DNA of 64,000 bases from an uncultured Chloroflexia bacterium (GTDB lineage Bacteria; Chloroflexota; Limnocylindria; Limnocylindrales; CSP1-4): assembly GCA_963831745.1 (NCBI GenBank), contig CAWHRD010000001.1, forward strand, positions 134,293 to 198,292, read 5' to 3'. The notes beneath the pieces were generated by a model that was not told the origin of the DNA, ran no database searches, and saw nothing but the letters and a program-made list of their open reading frames with translations. The translations under genes and the position numbers were made by a program. This document shows positions 8,511 through 18,437 of the stretch, in pieces (position 1 is the first letter of the stretch; every line of letters starts with the position of its first letter).

Positions 8511-10819
8511 GACCGGGCCTCCTCTCCGTCGCGGTCGGCTGCGTCGAGCGCCGCGAGGACCCGCTCCGGCGTGGCCGGCAGCTCATGGATCCAGGCGCCG
8601 ATCGCGTCGTGGATGGCGGCGACGACGGCCGGTGCGACGACGTCCATGGGCAGCTCGCCGATCCCCTTGGCGCCGTGGGGTGCGTTCGAGAACGGGTTCT
8701 CCACCAGGACGGCCGTGATCTTCGGCGCGTCGAGCGACGTCGGGATCAGGTACTTCGAGAGCCGGTCGTTGAGGAACCGGCCGTCCTTCAGCTTCATCTC
8801 CTCGATGGTGGCGTAGCCGACCGCCTGGAGCGAGCCGCCCTCCACCTGGCCCGCGGCCATCAGCGGGTTGATGACCGTGCCGCAGTCGTCCGCGGAGACG
8901 ACGTGCTTGACGGCCACCTCGCCGGTGTCGAGGTCCACCTCGACCTCCGCCGTGGCGGCCGCCCAGGAGAACGCCGGGTAGGCGTCGCCGACGTACGTCG
9001 CGTCGTCCCAGCTGATGTCCGGGTAGCCGGTGAACTGCTCGTCGAAGCGGAGGGCGCCGTTCGTCCGGGCGAACTCGGCGTAGGTCGCGGAGAACGGCCC
9101 GGGGACCTGCTCCTCGACCGCCGCCCGGAGCCGATCGGCCGCCAGGGCGAGCAGGCCGCCGACGACCATCGTTGTGCGCGAGGCGACGGTCGGGCCGCTG
9201 TTGGGGACGACCGAGGTGTCCTGGCGCACGACGTCGACATCCTCGAAGGAGATCCCGAGCCGGTCCGCCACGATCTGGGCGAGGACGGTCCGCATCCCCT
9301 GGCCCATCTCCGTCTGGTCCGAGAGGGCCCGGACGTGCCCGTCCTCCGTGAGCTCCACGCCGGCGATGCTGGCGAGGTACACCTCGCCGCCACCCGTGAA
9401 ACCGGCTCCGTGCCAGCCCATCGCGACGCCGATGCCGGGAGCCGTCCGGGGCCGCCCGGCGGCGTCCACCCGCCGGGCCGCGGCGAACGCGGTCCGGCGC
9501 GCCTCGAAGTCGCTTGCCGCGAGCGCCGCCGCGAGGGTCTCCCGGGCGGAGACGCTGTCCTTGAGAACCTGCTGCGTGGGCGTCTGGTCGCCGAGCTGGT
9601 AGGCCCAGCGGGCCCGCAGCTCCGCCGGCGAGAGGCCCAGCGCCTCCGCGATCCGGCTCACCTGCATCTCGGCGGCGAACTCCGTCTGGGGGGCGCCGAA
9701 GCCGCGGAAGGCGCCGGTCGGCGGGGTGTTGGTCCGCACCGCACGCGCGTGGATGCGCACGTTCGGGCAGGCGTACGGGCCGCCCGAGTGCAGGGTCCCG
9801 CGGGAGAGGACGACCGACGAGAGCGTGGCGTAGGCGCCCCCGTCGTAGGTGATGTCGATGTCCTGGGCGACCAGCCGGCCATCGCGCGTCACGCCGGTGC
9901 GATGGGTGATCACCCCCGGATGCCGCTTCGTGGTGACCGAGATGTCCTCGTGGCGGTCGTAGATCAGGCGGACCGGGCGGCCGACCGCGAGGGCGAGCAT
10001 CGCCGCGTGGATGGCGAGCCCGGACGGGAACTCCTCCTTGCCGCCGAAGGCGCCGCCGGTGTCTTCCTGGACGACGACGCAATGCTCGGCGTCGAGGCCG
10101 AGCGCCCGCTTCATGGCGGCGTGGACGTAGTACGGGCACTGGAGCGAGCCGTGGACCGTGACGCCGCCGTCCGCCCGCGGCACGGCGATCATGCCCTGGG
10201 TCTCGATGTAGAGCTGCTCCTGGTGGCCGACCCGGTACGTCCCCTCCACGACCATGTCGGCCTCGGCGAAGCCCGCGTCGAGGTCGCCACGAGCGATGTG
10301 GTATTCGGTGAAGACGTGGTCGGCGGCGAGCATATCGGTGACCGGCGGGAGCGGCTCCGTGCGGAGCCTGACGTGCTCGCGCGCCGCGTGGGCCAGCGCG
10401 AGGGTGGGGGCCGCGACGAGGGCGACCGGCTCGCCGACGTGGCGGATCTCGTCCGCCGCGAGGACCGGCTGGTCGTCCTTCATCAGGTGGATGACGTTCT
10501 CGCCGGGCACGTCCGCGGCGGTCAGGACGACGACGCGGCTCCAGTCGAAGTCGGGGTCGCGGTCGATCCCGAGAAGCCGGGCGTGCGGCTCGGTCGCCCG
10601 TACCGTGGCGCCGTGCCAGGCGCCGGGGACCAGGAGGTCATCCGTGTAGCGAGTGACGCCGAGCAGCTTGGGAACGGCATCCACCCGGGGCACGGACCGC
10701 GGGTCGCCGGCGGGGTCGGGGATCCGCCGAACCGGCGACGCCTCCGGTGGGGCCGTCGGCGACGGCGCGGGTGGGACCGGGATCGCGTGTGGCGTCCTGA
10801 CCGGCGCCTTGATCGTCAT
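8507..10819 (-). CDS. XDH/aldehyde oxidase-family molybdopterin-binding large subunit
   Basis: 'GGAFGGKEE', 'AFRGFGAPQ', 'EMGQGMRT' and 'PHGAKGIGE' are present. The ATG at 10819 ('MTIKAP') is chosen over the ORF-track start at 10933. Confidence 0.9.
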   Translation of the reverse strand: MTIKAPVRTPHAIPVPPAPSPTAPPEASPVRRIPDPAGDPRSVPRVDAVPKLLGVTRYTDDLLVPGAWHGATVRATEPHARLLGIDRDPDFDWSRVVVLTAADVPGENVIHLMKDDQPVLAADEIRHVGEPVALVAAPTLALAHAAREHVRLRTEPLPPVTDMLAADHVFTEYHIARGDLDAGFAEADMVVEGTYRVGHQEQLYIETQGMIAVPRADGGVTVHGSLQCPYYVHAAMKRALGLDAEHCVVVQEDTGGAFGGKEEFPSGLAIHAAMLALAVGRPVRLIYDRHEDISVTTKRHPGVITHRTGVTRDGRLVAQDIDITYDGGAYATLSSVVLSRGTLHSGGPYACPNVRIHARAVRTNTPPTGAFRGFGAPQTEFAAEMQVSRIAEALGLSPAELRARWAYQLGDQTPTQQVLKDSVSARETLAAALAASDFEARRTAFAAARRVDAAGRPRTAPGIGVAMGWHGAGFTGGGEVYLASIAGVELTEDGHVRALSDQTEMGQGMRTVLAQIVADRLGISFEDVDVVRQDTSVVPNSGPTVASRTTMVVGGLLALAADRLRAAVEEQVPGPFSATYAEFARTNGALRFDEQFTGYPDISWDDATYVGDAYPAFSWAAATAEVEVDLDTGEVAVKHVVSADDCGTVINPLMAAGQVEGGSLQAVGYATIEEMKLKDGRFLNDRLSKYLIPTSLDAPKITAVLVENPFSNAPHGAKGIGELPMDVVAPAVVAAIHDAIGAWIHELPATPERVLAALDAADRDGEEARS

Positions 10820-11035
10820 GGCTGGTACTCGTCCTTCGCGATGTGGGCACCGGCCCTGCCGCGGGCCGCGCTGGGGTGAGCCGTCGGGACCGCCCACGGG
10901 GCGACGATGCACGCCCGGACCGACCGCCGTCAAGGGACAGTCCGCCCGCCACGAGGGGCGTACCGGCCGGTGTCCCGGCGCCGGCCGGCGCGCAGCTCGC
11001 CGTCAGTCCTGCCGTGCCGGGCGGGACGTCGCCCG

Positions 11036-11980
11036 TCAGGGCAACGCGACCTCCGGCGTGCCGGGCGGCAGGTCGAAGAGCGAGGGATCGCGCTGGTACG
11101 AGCGCAGGAGCGTGAAGATGAAGCCCATCCGCTCGTCGTACGACTCCCAGTCGGGCGCGTCGCTGTGGACGGCCGATCCGGGGTCCTGGCCGAAGCGCGC
11201 GGCGAGCGCGAGCTCCTCAGGATCGTCGAGAACCTCGAGCTCCGGCGGGAACTGGGCGCCGCTGAGATAGGCCGGCGGCGGCACGTCGCGATCGAGCTCG
11301 AGCACCCCCTCGGCGATTCGCAGCCCGAGGTGGCTCGTCGCGGCGACGGCGACGATCCAGCGGCCCGGGACGGCCGCCCGCACGAACGGGTCGGCGACGA
11401 CCTGCTCGTGGGCCCCGACCGAGACGTTCGCCACGAAGATGCGTTCCGCTCGCCGGCGCGGCAGGGACGGGTCCCGGCCGCCCGCCCGGATCGCCGCGCC
11501 GAGCCCGACGGCGTCGACGTAGGCGGTGAACGCCCGGCGCAGGTCCTCGCTCGCGGCGAGTTGAGGGTGGGCGCACAGGCCGTCGAGGGCGGCGGCCGCG
11601 CGCGCCGGGTCCTCCGCGACGGCGGGGTCGGCGAACGCCCGCACGAAGCGGATGAACGGCGGGGCTACGTCGCCGAAGACGGCGGCGTTGCCGGCCGCCA
11701 CGGCCGCGGCGACGGACCCGGTGAGGAGGCGCCGGAGGGGCGCCGGCACGGACTCGCCGAGCATCGAGCGGCGAGCCTCGGCGCTTGCCCACTGGCCGAA
11801 GACGAGCCAGTTCGCGTGGTCGCCGCCGACGATGGCGGCCACTGCGAGGGCGAGCTCGTGGTAGCCGCGGGTGATCGCTGCGTTCCGGGCGAGGACGTCG
11901 CCCATCTCCACGACCCGCTCGATCACGGCAGGGTCGAGGTACGGCGTGGCGAGCGGGTCGGGGGCGGGCACGTTCGACAT
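11036..11980 (-). CDS. Hypothetical protein (conserved-looking, no family name recalled)
   Basis: High third-position GC. ATG at 11980 ('MSNVPAPDP'). It lies downstream of pckG on the same strand, and this is the only sensible frame within the 965-aa composite ORF. Confidence 0.6.
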   Translation of the reverse strand: MSNVPAPDPLATPYLDPAVIERVVEMGDVLARNAAITRGYHELALAVAAIVGGDHANWLVFGQWASAEARRSMLGESVPAPLRRLLTGSVAAAVAAGNAAVFGDVAPPFIRFVRAFADPAVAEDPARAAAALDGLCAHPQLAASEDLRRAFTAYVDAVGLGAAIRAGGRDPSLPRRRAERIFVANVSVGAHEQVVADPFVRAAVPGRWIVAVAATSHLGLRIAEGVLELDRDVPPPAYLSGAQFPPELEVLDDPEELALAARFGQDPGSAVHSDAPDWESYDERMGFIFTLLRSYQRDPSLFDLPPGTPEVALP

Positions 11981-11998
11981 TCGCCGCGATCGTAGCGA

Positions 11999-12020
11999 CC
12001 CCTGCTCCCGCCGGCAGGGG
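11999..12020 (-). terminator. Hairpin between pckG and the downstream gene (7-bp GC stem, 8-nt loop, no U-tract)
   Basis: cccctgc(11999-12005)/gcagggg(12014-12020), 17 nt after the pckG stop. Confidence 0.35.
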
Positions 12021-12036
12021 CGTTCTCGCCCGCGGA

Positions 12037-13902
12037 TCAGGCCTCGAGACGCTCCTTCAGCGACATGAGCTGCTCGGCCAGCTCCGGCGGGAGCCGGTCG
12101 CCGAAGCGCGCGTAGTGCTCCTCGAACTGGGGCATCTCCTCGAGGATGGTCAGGCCGTCCACGCGCAGCAGCTCCTCGAGGTCCTCGGCCGGCATCTCCA
12201 GGCCGGTCATGTCGAGGTCGTCCGGGGACGGCAGGAGCCCGATCGGCGTCGTCTCCGCTTCCGCCTCGCCGTCGCAGCGGCGGAACATCCATTCGAGCAC
12301 CCGGCTGTTCTCGCCGAAGCCCGGCCACAGGAAGCGGCCCTCGGCGTCGCGGCGGAACCAGTTCACGTAGAAGATCCGCGGCAGCCGGTCGGGCGTGGTA
12401 GCCCGTCCGACGTCGAGCCAGTGGCCCCAGTAGTCGGCCATGTTGTAGCCGCAGAACGGGAGCATCGCGAACGGGTCGAAGCGGAGCTTGCCGATCTCGC
12501 CGAACGCCGCCGCGGTCGTCTCCGAGCTCATGATCGAGCCCATGAAGACGCCGTGCGACCAGTCGAATCCCTCGCGGACGAGCGGCACGACGCCCGCCCG
12601 CCGGCCGCCGAACATGATCGCGTCGATCGGGACGCCGGCCGGGTCCTCCCACTCGGGCGCGATCGCCGGGTCCTGGCCGGCCGGGGCCGTGAAGCGGGCG
12701 TTGGGGTGGGCCGCCGGCCGCCCCGCGTCGGGCGTCCAGTCCTGGCCCTTCCAGTCGACCAGGTGGCCGGGGGGCATGTCGGTGAGCCCCTCCCACCAGA
12801 CGTCGCCGTCGTCGGTGAGGGCGACGTTCGTGAAGATGCAGTTCGCGTCGAGCGCGCGCAGCGCGTTGGCGTTCGTCTTCTCGCTCGTGCCCGGCGCGAC
12901 CCCGAAGAAGCCGGCCTCGGGGTTGATCGCGTGGAGGCGGCCGTCCCCGGCCAGGCGCATCCAGCAGATGTCGTCGCCGACCGTCTCGACCGTCCAGCCG
13001 GGCAGGGTCGGGACGAGCATCGCCAGGTTCGTCTTGCCGCAGGCCGACGGGAAGGCCCCGGCGAAGTACTTCGCGCGCCCGGCGGGGGAGGTGACCTTGA
13101 TGATCAGCATGTGCTCGGCGAGCCAGCCCTCGTCGCGGGCGATGACGGACGCGATGCGCAGGGCGTAGCACTTCTTCCCGAGCAGGGCGTTGCCGCCGTA
13201 GCCGGAGCCGTACGACCAGATCTCGCGGGTCTCCGGGAAGTGGACGATGTACTTCGTGTCCGGGTCGCAGGGCCACGGGACGTCCGCCTCGCCGGGGGCG
13301 AGGGGGGCGCCGACCGAGTGGAGGCAGGGCACGAAGTCGCCGGCGTCGCGGATCGCGCCGAGGGCGGCGGCACCCATGCGGGTCATGATCCGCATGTTCA
13401 CGACGACATACGGCGAGTCGGTGATCTCGACGCCGAGGCGGCTGATCGGCGAGCCGATGGGGCCCATCGAGAACGGGAGGACGTACAGGGTCCGACCCCG
13501 CATCGAGCCGCGGAAGAGGTCGGTCAGCGTCGCCCGCATCTCGTCCGGGTCGCGCCAGTTGTTCGTGGGTCCGGCGTCGGCGGCGTCGCGCGAGCAGATG
13601 AAGGTGCGGTCCTCGACCCGGGCGACGTCGGACGGGTCGGAGCGGGCGAGGAAGCTGTTCGGCCGCAGCTCCGGGGAGAGGCGCGTGAACGTGCCGGCGG
13701 CCACCATCTCCTCGCAGAGGGCGGCGTACTCCTCGGCGGTGCCGTCGCACCAGTGGACGCGGTCCGGCGTCGTGAGCGCGGCGACTTCGTCGACCCACCG
13801 GACGAGGCTCGGGACGCCCTCGGGGCGGGCCATCCCGGGATAGCGGGCTCCCTCCGGAGGGGGAGCCCCTGCCCGGCCGACATTCGCGTCCACGATGCTC
13901 AT
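12037..13902 (-). CDS. pckG: Phosphoenolpyruvate carboxykinase (GTP)
   Basis: 621 aa. '[13 protein letters not shown]', 'GDDICWMR', '[15 protein letters not shown]' and 'FYVNWFRRD' are hallmark GTP-PEPCK motifs. Confidence 0.95.
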   Translation of the reverse strand: MSIVDANVGRAGAPPPEGARYPGMARPEGVPSLVRWVDEVAALTTPDRVHWCDGTAEEYAALCEEMVAAGTFTRLSPELRPNSFLARSDPSDVARVEDRTFICSRDAADAGPTNNWRDPDEMRATLTDLFRGSMRGRTLYVLPFSMGPIGSPISRLGVEITDSPYVVVNMRIMTRMGAAALGAIRDAGDFVPCLHSVGAPLAPGEADVPWPCDPDTKYIVHFPETREIWSYGSGYGGNALLGKKCYALRIASVIARDEGWLAEHMLIIKVTSPAGRAKYFAGAFPSACGKTNLAMLVPTLPGWTVETVGDDICWMRLAGDGRLHAINPEAGFFGVAPGTSEKTNANALRALDANCIFTNVALTDDGDVWWEGLTDMPPGHLVDWKGQDWTPDAGRPAAHPNARFTAPAGQDPAIAPEWEDPAGVPIDAIMFGGRRAGVVPLVREGFDWSHGVFMGSIMSSETTAAAFGEIGKLRFDPFAMLPFCGYNMADYWGHWLDVGRATTPDRLPRIFYVNWFRRDAEGRFLWPGFGENSRVLEWMFRRCDGEAEAETTPIGLLPSPDDLDMTGLEMPAEDLEELLRVDGLTILEEMPQFEEHYARFGDRLPPELAEQLMSLKERLEA

Positions 13903-14168
13903 CCCGCGTCTCCCGCCTGCGTCCCGGCTTCACCCGGGTCCGGGCCCCGCACGCCGCCTCGCGCGCGGCCGATCCCGGTCAACCATAGCGGGACTGTCGA
14001 GGGCAGCGGGCGGGCCGACACGCCCGCGGGGAGGGGCCGAGATGCCCCATCGGGCGGTGGGGCCGCGACGGCGACGCCGGCCTGACGGCGATGCTGGCCC
14101 GGGGGCCGCGGTAGGCTTGGTGGATGAGGTGGCGACGCGATCCCGCATGGCCATCGGGGCGGTCCGCG

Positions 14169-14444
14169 ATGCGGTTCCTGCTGGCGGGCGCGCTGGCGCT
14201 CGGCGCGGTCGGCTCCTGCGAGCTGCCGAAGCCGAAGATCCCGTCACTGGGCGCGGCGCCCGTTGCCCCCCGCGTCGCCGAGACCCGCGCTGCCGGGCGC
14301 GCCGCCGAGCCCCGCCCTGCCGGGCGCGCCGCCGAGCCCCGCCCTGGCGGGCGCGCTGCCGAGCCCCACCCTGCCGGGCGCGCCGCCGAGATCGCTGCCG
14401 AGGTTCGCCCCGTCAGCGACCGTGGGGCGACCGCACTCCAGTGA
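14169..14444 (+). CDS. Small putative lipoprotein with a 9-aa tandem repeat (AGRAAEPRP)
   Basis: Signal peptide plus lipobox 'MRFLLAGALALGAVGSC'. High third-position GC. The stop overlaps the next gene's GTG (GTGA at 14441-14444). The start could also be at 14124. Confidence 0.5.
   Translation: MRFLLAGALALGAVGSCELPKPKIPSLGAAPVAPRVAETRAAGRAAEPRPAGRAAEPRPGGRAAEPHPAGRAAEIAAEVRPVSDRGATALQ
14292..14390 (+). repeat. In-frame 27-bp tandem repeat, ~3.7 copies, inside the small lipoprotein gene
   Basis: Copies 14292-14318 and 14319-14345 are identical. The third copy has 3 mismatches and the fourth is partial (18 nt). Confidence 0.9.
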
Positions 14445-15058
14445 CGGGCGCCTGGGACGTCGCGTACGCCGAGGGCGGCCGGCCGACGTGGGACATCGGA
14501 CGGCCCCAGCCGGCCGTCGTCCGCCTCGCGGAGAGCGGAGCCTTCGGGCCGGCCGGGTCGGCGATCCTCGACGCCGGCTGCGGCACCGGCGAGCATGCGC
14601 TGCTCCTCGCGGCCCGGGGTCATCGCGTCGTCGGGCTCGACATCGCCTGGGAGGCGATCGCGCAGGCCCGGGCGAAGGCCGTCGAGCGCGCGATCACGCC
14701 GGCGCCGCTCTTCGTCGTCGGGGACGCGCTCACCGCGCCGGCCGCCGGCGGGATGGGCCCGTTCGACATCGCCCTCGACGTCGGGCTCTTCCATGCCCTC
14801 GGGGATGACGAGGGCCCGCGTTATGCGGCCAGCCTCGCGGCGGTCGTCCGCCCCGGCGGGCACGCCTTCCTGGTGTGCTGGAGCGACCGGAACCCGTTCG
14901 GCGTCGGGCCGCGGCGGGTCACGCGCCGCGAGATCCGGGCCACGTTCCGGGCCACGGCCGGCTGGCGGGTGGACGCCGTCGAGCCGGAGATCCTCGCGTC
15001 ACGCCTCCCCGGCCGGGTCGTCCATGCGTGGCTCGCCCGGCTCACGCGGCGCTCCTGA
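14441..15058 (+). CDS. Class I SAM-dependent methyltransferase
   Basis: 'ILDAGCGTGEHALLLAARGHRVVGLDI' is a motif I/post-I signature. GTG at 14441 is in frame with ORF 13895..15058. Confidence 0.8.
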   Translation: MTGAWDVAYAEGGRPTWDIGRPQPAVVRLAESGAFGPAGSAILDAGCGTGEHALLLAARGHRVVGLDIAWEAIAQARAKAVERAITPAPLFVVGDALTAPAAGGMGPFDIALDVGLFHALGDDEGPRYAASLAAVVRPGGHAFLVCWSDRNPFGVGPRRVTRREIRATFRATAGWRVDAVEPEILASRLPGRVVHAWLARLTRRS

Positions 15059-17029
15059 CCGGCGGATCCCGCCGGGCCCGGCCTCGAGCGACCCTGCCCC
15101 GGGCTGCCCGGGGACGTCCGGCGGCACGGGCGGCCGGCCCTGCGGCGGCCCGGGGTCATTCGGCGGCCCCGGGTCGTTCTCCCAGTCTCGCCACACCACG
15201 TCCGGGTGGGCGGCCAGGTAGGCCCGCACGGTCATGCCGATCGTCGGGTGGAAGTGGTCGGCGCCCAGGCGCTCGTAGATCCCGTAGACCTGCAGGCGGT
15301 CCTTGACGTGGCCCTTCAGCTCCGCGAAGTGGAGCTCCGCACCCCGGCGCGCCATCTCGGTGATCAGCTCCTCCAGCATGTCGGCGGCCGTGGTGTCGAT
15401 GTCGGTCATCGGCTCGGACGCGACCGCCAGCCAGCGGGCCGGCGGCTCGGCCGCGTCGACGACGTCGAGGGCGTGCTCGCGGAACTGGTCGGCGTTGGCG
15501 AAGAAGAGGGGCGCATCCCAGCGGTACAGGACGAGGCCCGGCACCAGGCGCGCGTCCGGGTGCCGCTCGACGTCGTGGTAGCCCTTGTAGTTCGCCACGC
15601 GCCCCAGGACCGCATCGTGCGGCCGCCAGGCGTGCCGGATGAAGTTCAGGAGCGAGAGGCCCACGGCGACCGCGATCCCCGGCAGGGCGCCGAAGAACGT
15701 GACCACCACGAACGCCACGAGCGCGAGCCCGAGCTCCGATCGGCGGAGTCGCCACAGGTGCCGCAGGCCGGCGATGTCGAAGAGGCTGAGCGCGGCCGAG
15801 ACGACCACCGCCGCGAGGGCCGCCGTCGGCACCGGCGCCAGCAGGCCGGGCACGGCGACGAGCAGGAGGAGGATCGCCCCCGCACCGACGAGCCCCGTGA
15901 CCTGCGTCCGCGAGCCCGCGCCCTCGGCGACCGGGGTGCGCGTGGCGCTGCCGCTGGAGGCGAACCCGCCGACCAGGCCGGCGGCGACGTTCACCACGCC
16001 CAGGGCGGCGAGCTCGTGATCGGCATCCACCCGCTCGCCGCGTCGTGCCGCGAAGGAGTGCGAGATGACGCTGGTGTCGGCGAACGAGATGAGGGCGATC
16101 CCGAGGGCCGTCGGGAAGAGCGTCACCAGGTCCGCCCACGAGACGCCGGGGAGCCCGACGGCCGGCAGGCCGCGCGGCACCTCGCCGACCACCTTGAGCT
16201 CCGAGGAGAGGTCGAGCACATAGACGAGGACCCCTGCCAGCACCACCGCGACGAGGACGCCGGGAATCCGCCGGGCAACCCGCTTGAGGACCAGGATGAG
16301 CGCCAGGCTGGCGCCGCCGATCAGCGCCGCGAGCGGGACCACCTCGCCGCCGGCGATCCCCTGCGCGAGCCCGACGACGCCCCCGATCACGTCGTTCGCG
16401 GTGACCGAGAAGCCGAGCATCTTCGGCAGCTGGCCAACCAGGATCGTCAGGGCGATGCCGTTCATGTAGCCGACCCGGATGGGACGGGAGAGGAGGTCGG
16501 TGACGAAGCCGAGGCGGGCGACGGCGGCGGCGAGGCACAGGATGCCGGCCATGATCGCCAGCGCCGCCGCCAGGGCGATCGAGCGGGCGGGATCGCCGCC
16601 GGCGAGCGGCACGATGGCCGCGGCGACCAGCGGCAGCAGCGACGAGTCGGGCCCGAAGACGAGGATCCGCGACGGCCCGACCAGGAAGTACGCGACGAGG
16701 GCGCCGATGGTGGCGTAGAGGCCCGCGATCGCCGGCAGGCCGGCGGCCTCCGCGTAGCCCATGCCGACCGGCACCAGGAGCGCGGTCAGCGCGAGGCCGG
16801 CGATGACGTCGTCGCGGAGGACGCCCGGCGTGTAGCTGCCGAACCGCGCGATCGTCGGCAGGGCCGTCGCCAGCACCGCCTTCACGCGGTCCGAGCGCAC
16901 GGCCGCCACCCGGCCGGATCGGCCGGCGCGCCCGGCGCCGTCGCCGGCGGCGTGCGCACCGTCGGCCCCGCCGTCGGCCCCGCCGTCGGCGCGGGCGCGA
17001 GCGTCGTCGGTTCCCGGCCCAGGCTCCAC
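14999..17029 (-). CDS. SulP-family anion transporter with C-terminal STAS domain and a Pro/Gly-rich tail
   Basis: Polytopic N-terminal region ('VPVGMGYAEAAGLP', 'GQLPKMLG') followed by a STAS-like region. GTG at 17029; the true start may be further downstream. Confidence 0.85.
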   Translation of the reverse strand: MEPGPGTDDARARADGGADGGADGAHAAGDGAGRAGRSGRVAAVRSDRVKAVLATALPTIARFGSYTPGVLRDDVIAGLALTALLVPVGMGYAEAAGLPAIAGLYATIGALVAYFLVGPSRILVFGPDSSLLPLVAAAIVPLAGGDPARSIALAAALAIMAGILCLAAAVARLGFVTDLLSRPIRVGYMNGIALTILVGQLPKMLGFSVTANDVIGGVVGLAQGIAGGEVVPLAALIGGASLALILVLKRVARRIPGVLVAVVLAGVLVYVLDLSSELKVVGEVPRGLPAVGLPGVSWADLVTLFPTALGIALISFADTSVISHSFAARRGERVDADHELAALGVVNVAAGLVGGFASSGSATRTPVAEGAGSRTQVTGLVGAGAILLLLVAVPGLLAPVPTAALAAVVVSAALSLFDIAGLRHLWRLRRSELGLALVAFVVVTFFGALPGIAVAVGLSLLNFIRHAWRPHDAVLGRVANYKGYHDVERHPDARLVPGLVLYRWDAPLFFANADQFREHALDVVDAAEPPARWLAVASEPMTDIDTTAADMLEELITEMARRGAELHFAELKGHVKDRLQVYGIYERLGADHFHPTIGMTVRAYLAAHPDVVWRDWENDPGPPNDPGPPQGRPPVPPDVPGQPGAGSLEAGPGGIRRSGAPREPGEPRMDDPAGEA

Positions 17030-17097
17030 CTTGCCCCACTCCCTCGGACACGCCGCGGGCGCTCGGACGCCGCGGACCGCCCCATGATGACGCGCCG

Positions 17098-18387
17098 TCA
17101 GGCCGTTCGCACCCCTCGACGTGCCGGCGTCCGGTGGTACAGGCCGCCCTCCGGGAGCTCGGCCGCCTCAGGAATCGCTGGATCCTCGGTGGCGGCGCGC
17201 TCGAACCACGCCGCGTAGCGCCGCGCTCCCCAGGCCGCGGTCACGCCGTGGGCGACGAGGCTGATCGCCACGGTGAGGAGGACGACATCCGTGATCGCGA
17301 TCGCCGACGGGACGGCCTCCTCGACGACCACCCCCGCGAAGACGATCGAGGCGAGGCCGCGCGGGCCGAACCAGCCGACGTAGAGGAGCGTCGGCACGGC
17401 GAACCCCGTCCGCAGCATCGCCACGGCGACCGGGACGATTCGCACCACGGTCAGGCTGAGCACCACGTAGAGCACGGTCTCGGGCGTCGCCCGCGCGACG
17501 ACCGGGCCCAGGAGTCCCGCGCCCAGCATCAGGAACCCAACCGCCGCCAGCGCATTGGCGACCTCCTCGGACAGGTGGAAGGCGTCGCCGGACACGTGGC
17601 CCCGCACAATGGTCCCCGCGGAGAGCCCGGCGACCCAGACCGCGAGGAACCCGCTCGCCTCCACCTGGTCGGCCGCCGCGAAGGTGCCGGCGGCCAGCGC
17701 CACGAGCGCGATGGAATGCCACGGGCCGGCCGCCAGGCCGCGCTCGGCCGCGGACCGGAGCAGCCAGCCGCCGCCGAGGCCGGCGACCAGGCCGATCAGC
17801 GTGGAGCCACCGAGGGCCAGGACGAGGGTCTGGGCGGCGTTGAGCTCGGTCTCGGCGCCGCCGGCCACGAGGCCGACGGTGATGAAGATCGTCACGAACG
17901 GGAGCGCCAGGCCGTCGTTGAGCCCGCTCTCCACGTTGAGGGCGTTGCGGACGACGGCCGGGACGCGGGGGTTGGCCACCACGGCCTGGCCCAGTGCCGC
18001 GTCGGTCGGGGCCAGCATCGCGCCGACCAGGGCCGCCTGCCACGGCTCGATCCCGCCGAAGACCAGCGCCGCGGCAGCGGCGCCGGCCGCGATCGTGAGC
18101 GGCAGCCCGATCCCGAGGAGCCGCCCCGACAGGCTCGGCTCGCGCGTCCAGCGTCGGATGTCGAGACTCGACAAATCGGCGAACAGGACCATCACGAGGG
18201 CCGCCTCCAGCAGGAGGATCAGCACCTCCTCGTCCGCGGCCAGGTCGACCAGGCCAAGCACCGGCCCGGCCACGAACCCGACCGCGGCGAAGAAGATCGG
18301 GGCCGTGACGATCGTGGACGCGAGCCGCCGGGACAGCAGGGCGTAGGCCAGCAGCGCGACGGCGACGAACGTCACGGGGTGGAGCAT
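17098..18387 (-). CDS. Cation:proton antiporter (CPA1 / Na+/H+ exchanger family)
   Basis: 429 aa starting at 'MLHPVTFVAV', with a GGGAGG RBS. 'APTDAALGQAV' and 'ESGLNDGLALP' motifs. The upstream part of the 780-aa ORF is an Arg/Gly-rich artefact. Confidence 0.85.
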   Translation of the reverse strand: MLHPVTFVAVALLAYALLSRRLASTIVTAPIFFAAVGFVAGPVLGLVDLAADEEVLILLLEAALVMVLFADLSSLDIRRWTREPSLSGRLLGIGLPLTIAAGAAAAALVFGGIEPWQAALVGAMLAPTDAALGQAVVANPRVPAVVRNALNVESGLNDGLALPFVTIFITVGLVAGGAETELNAAQTLVLALGGSTLIGLVAGLGGGWLLRSAAERGLAAGPWHSIALVALAAGTFAAADQVEASGFLAVWVAGLSAGTIVRGHVSGDAFHLSEEVANALAAVGFLMLGAGLLGPVVARATPETVLYVVLSLTVVRIVPVAVAMLRTGFAVPTLLYVGWFGPRGLASIVFAGVVVEEAVPSAIAITDVVLLTVAISLVAHGVTAAWGARRYAAWFERAATEDPAIPEAAELPEGGLYHRTPARRGVRTA

Positions 18388-18437
18388 CGACGCCTCCCGT
18401 CGGCGGCCCGCGCGGCTCTGTCCGTCAGCCCTGCCCG

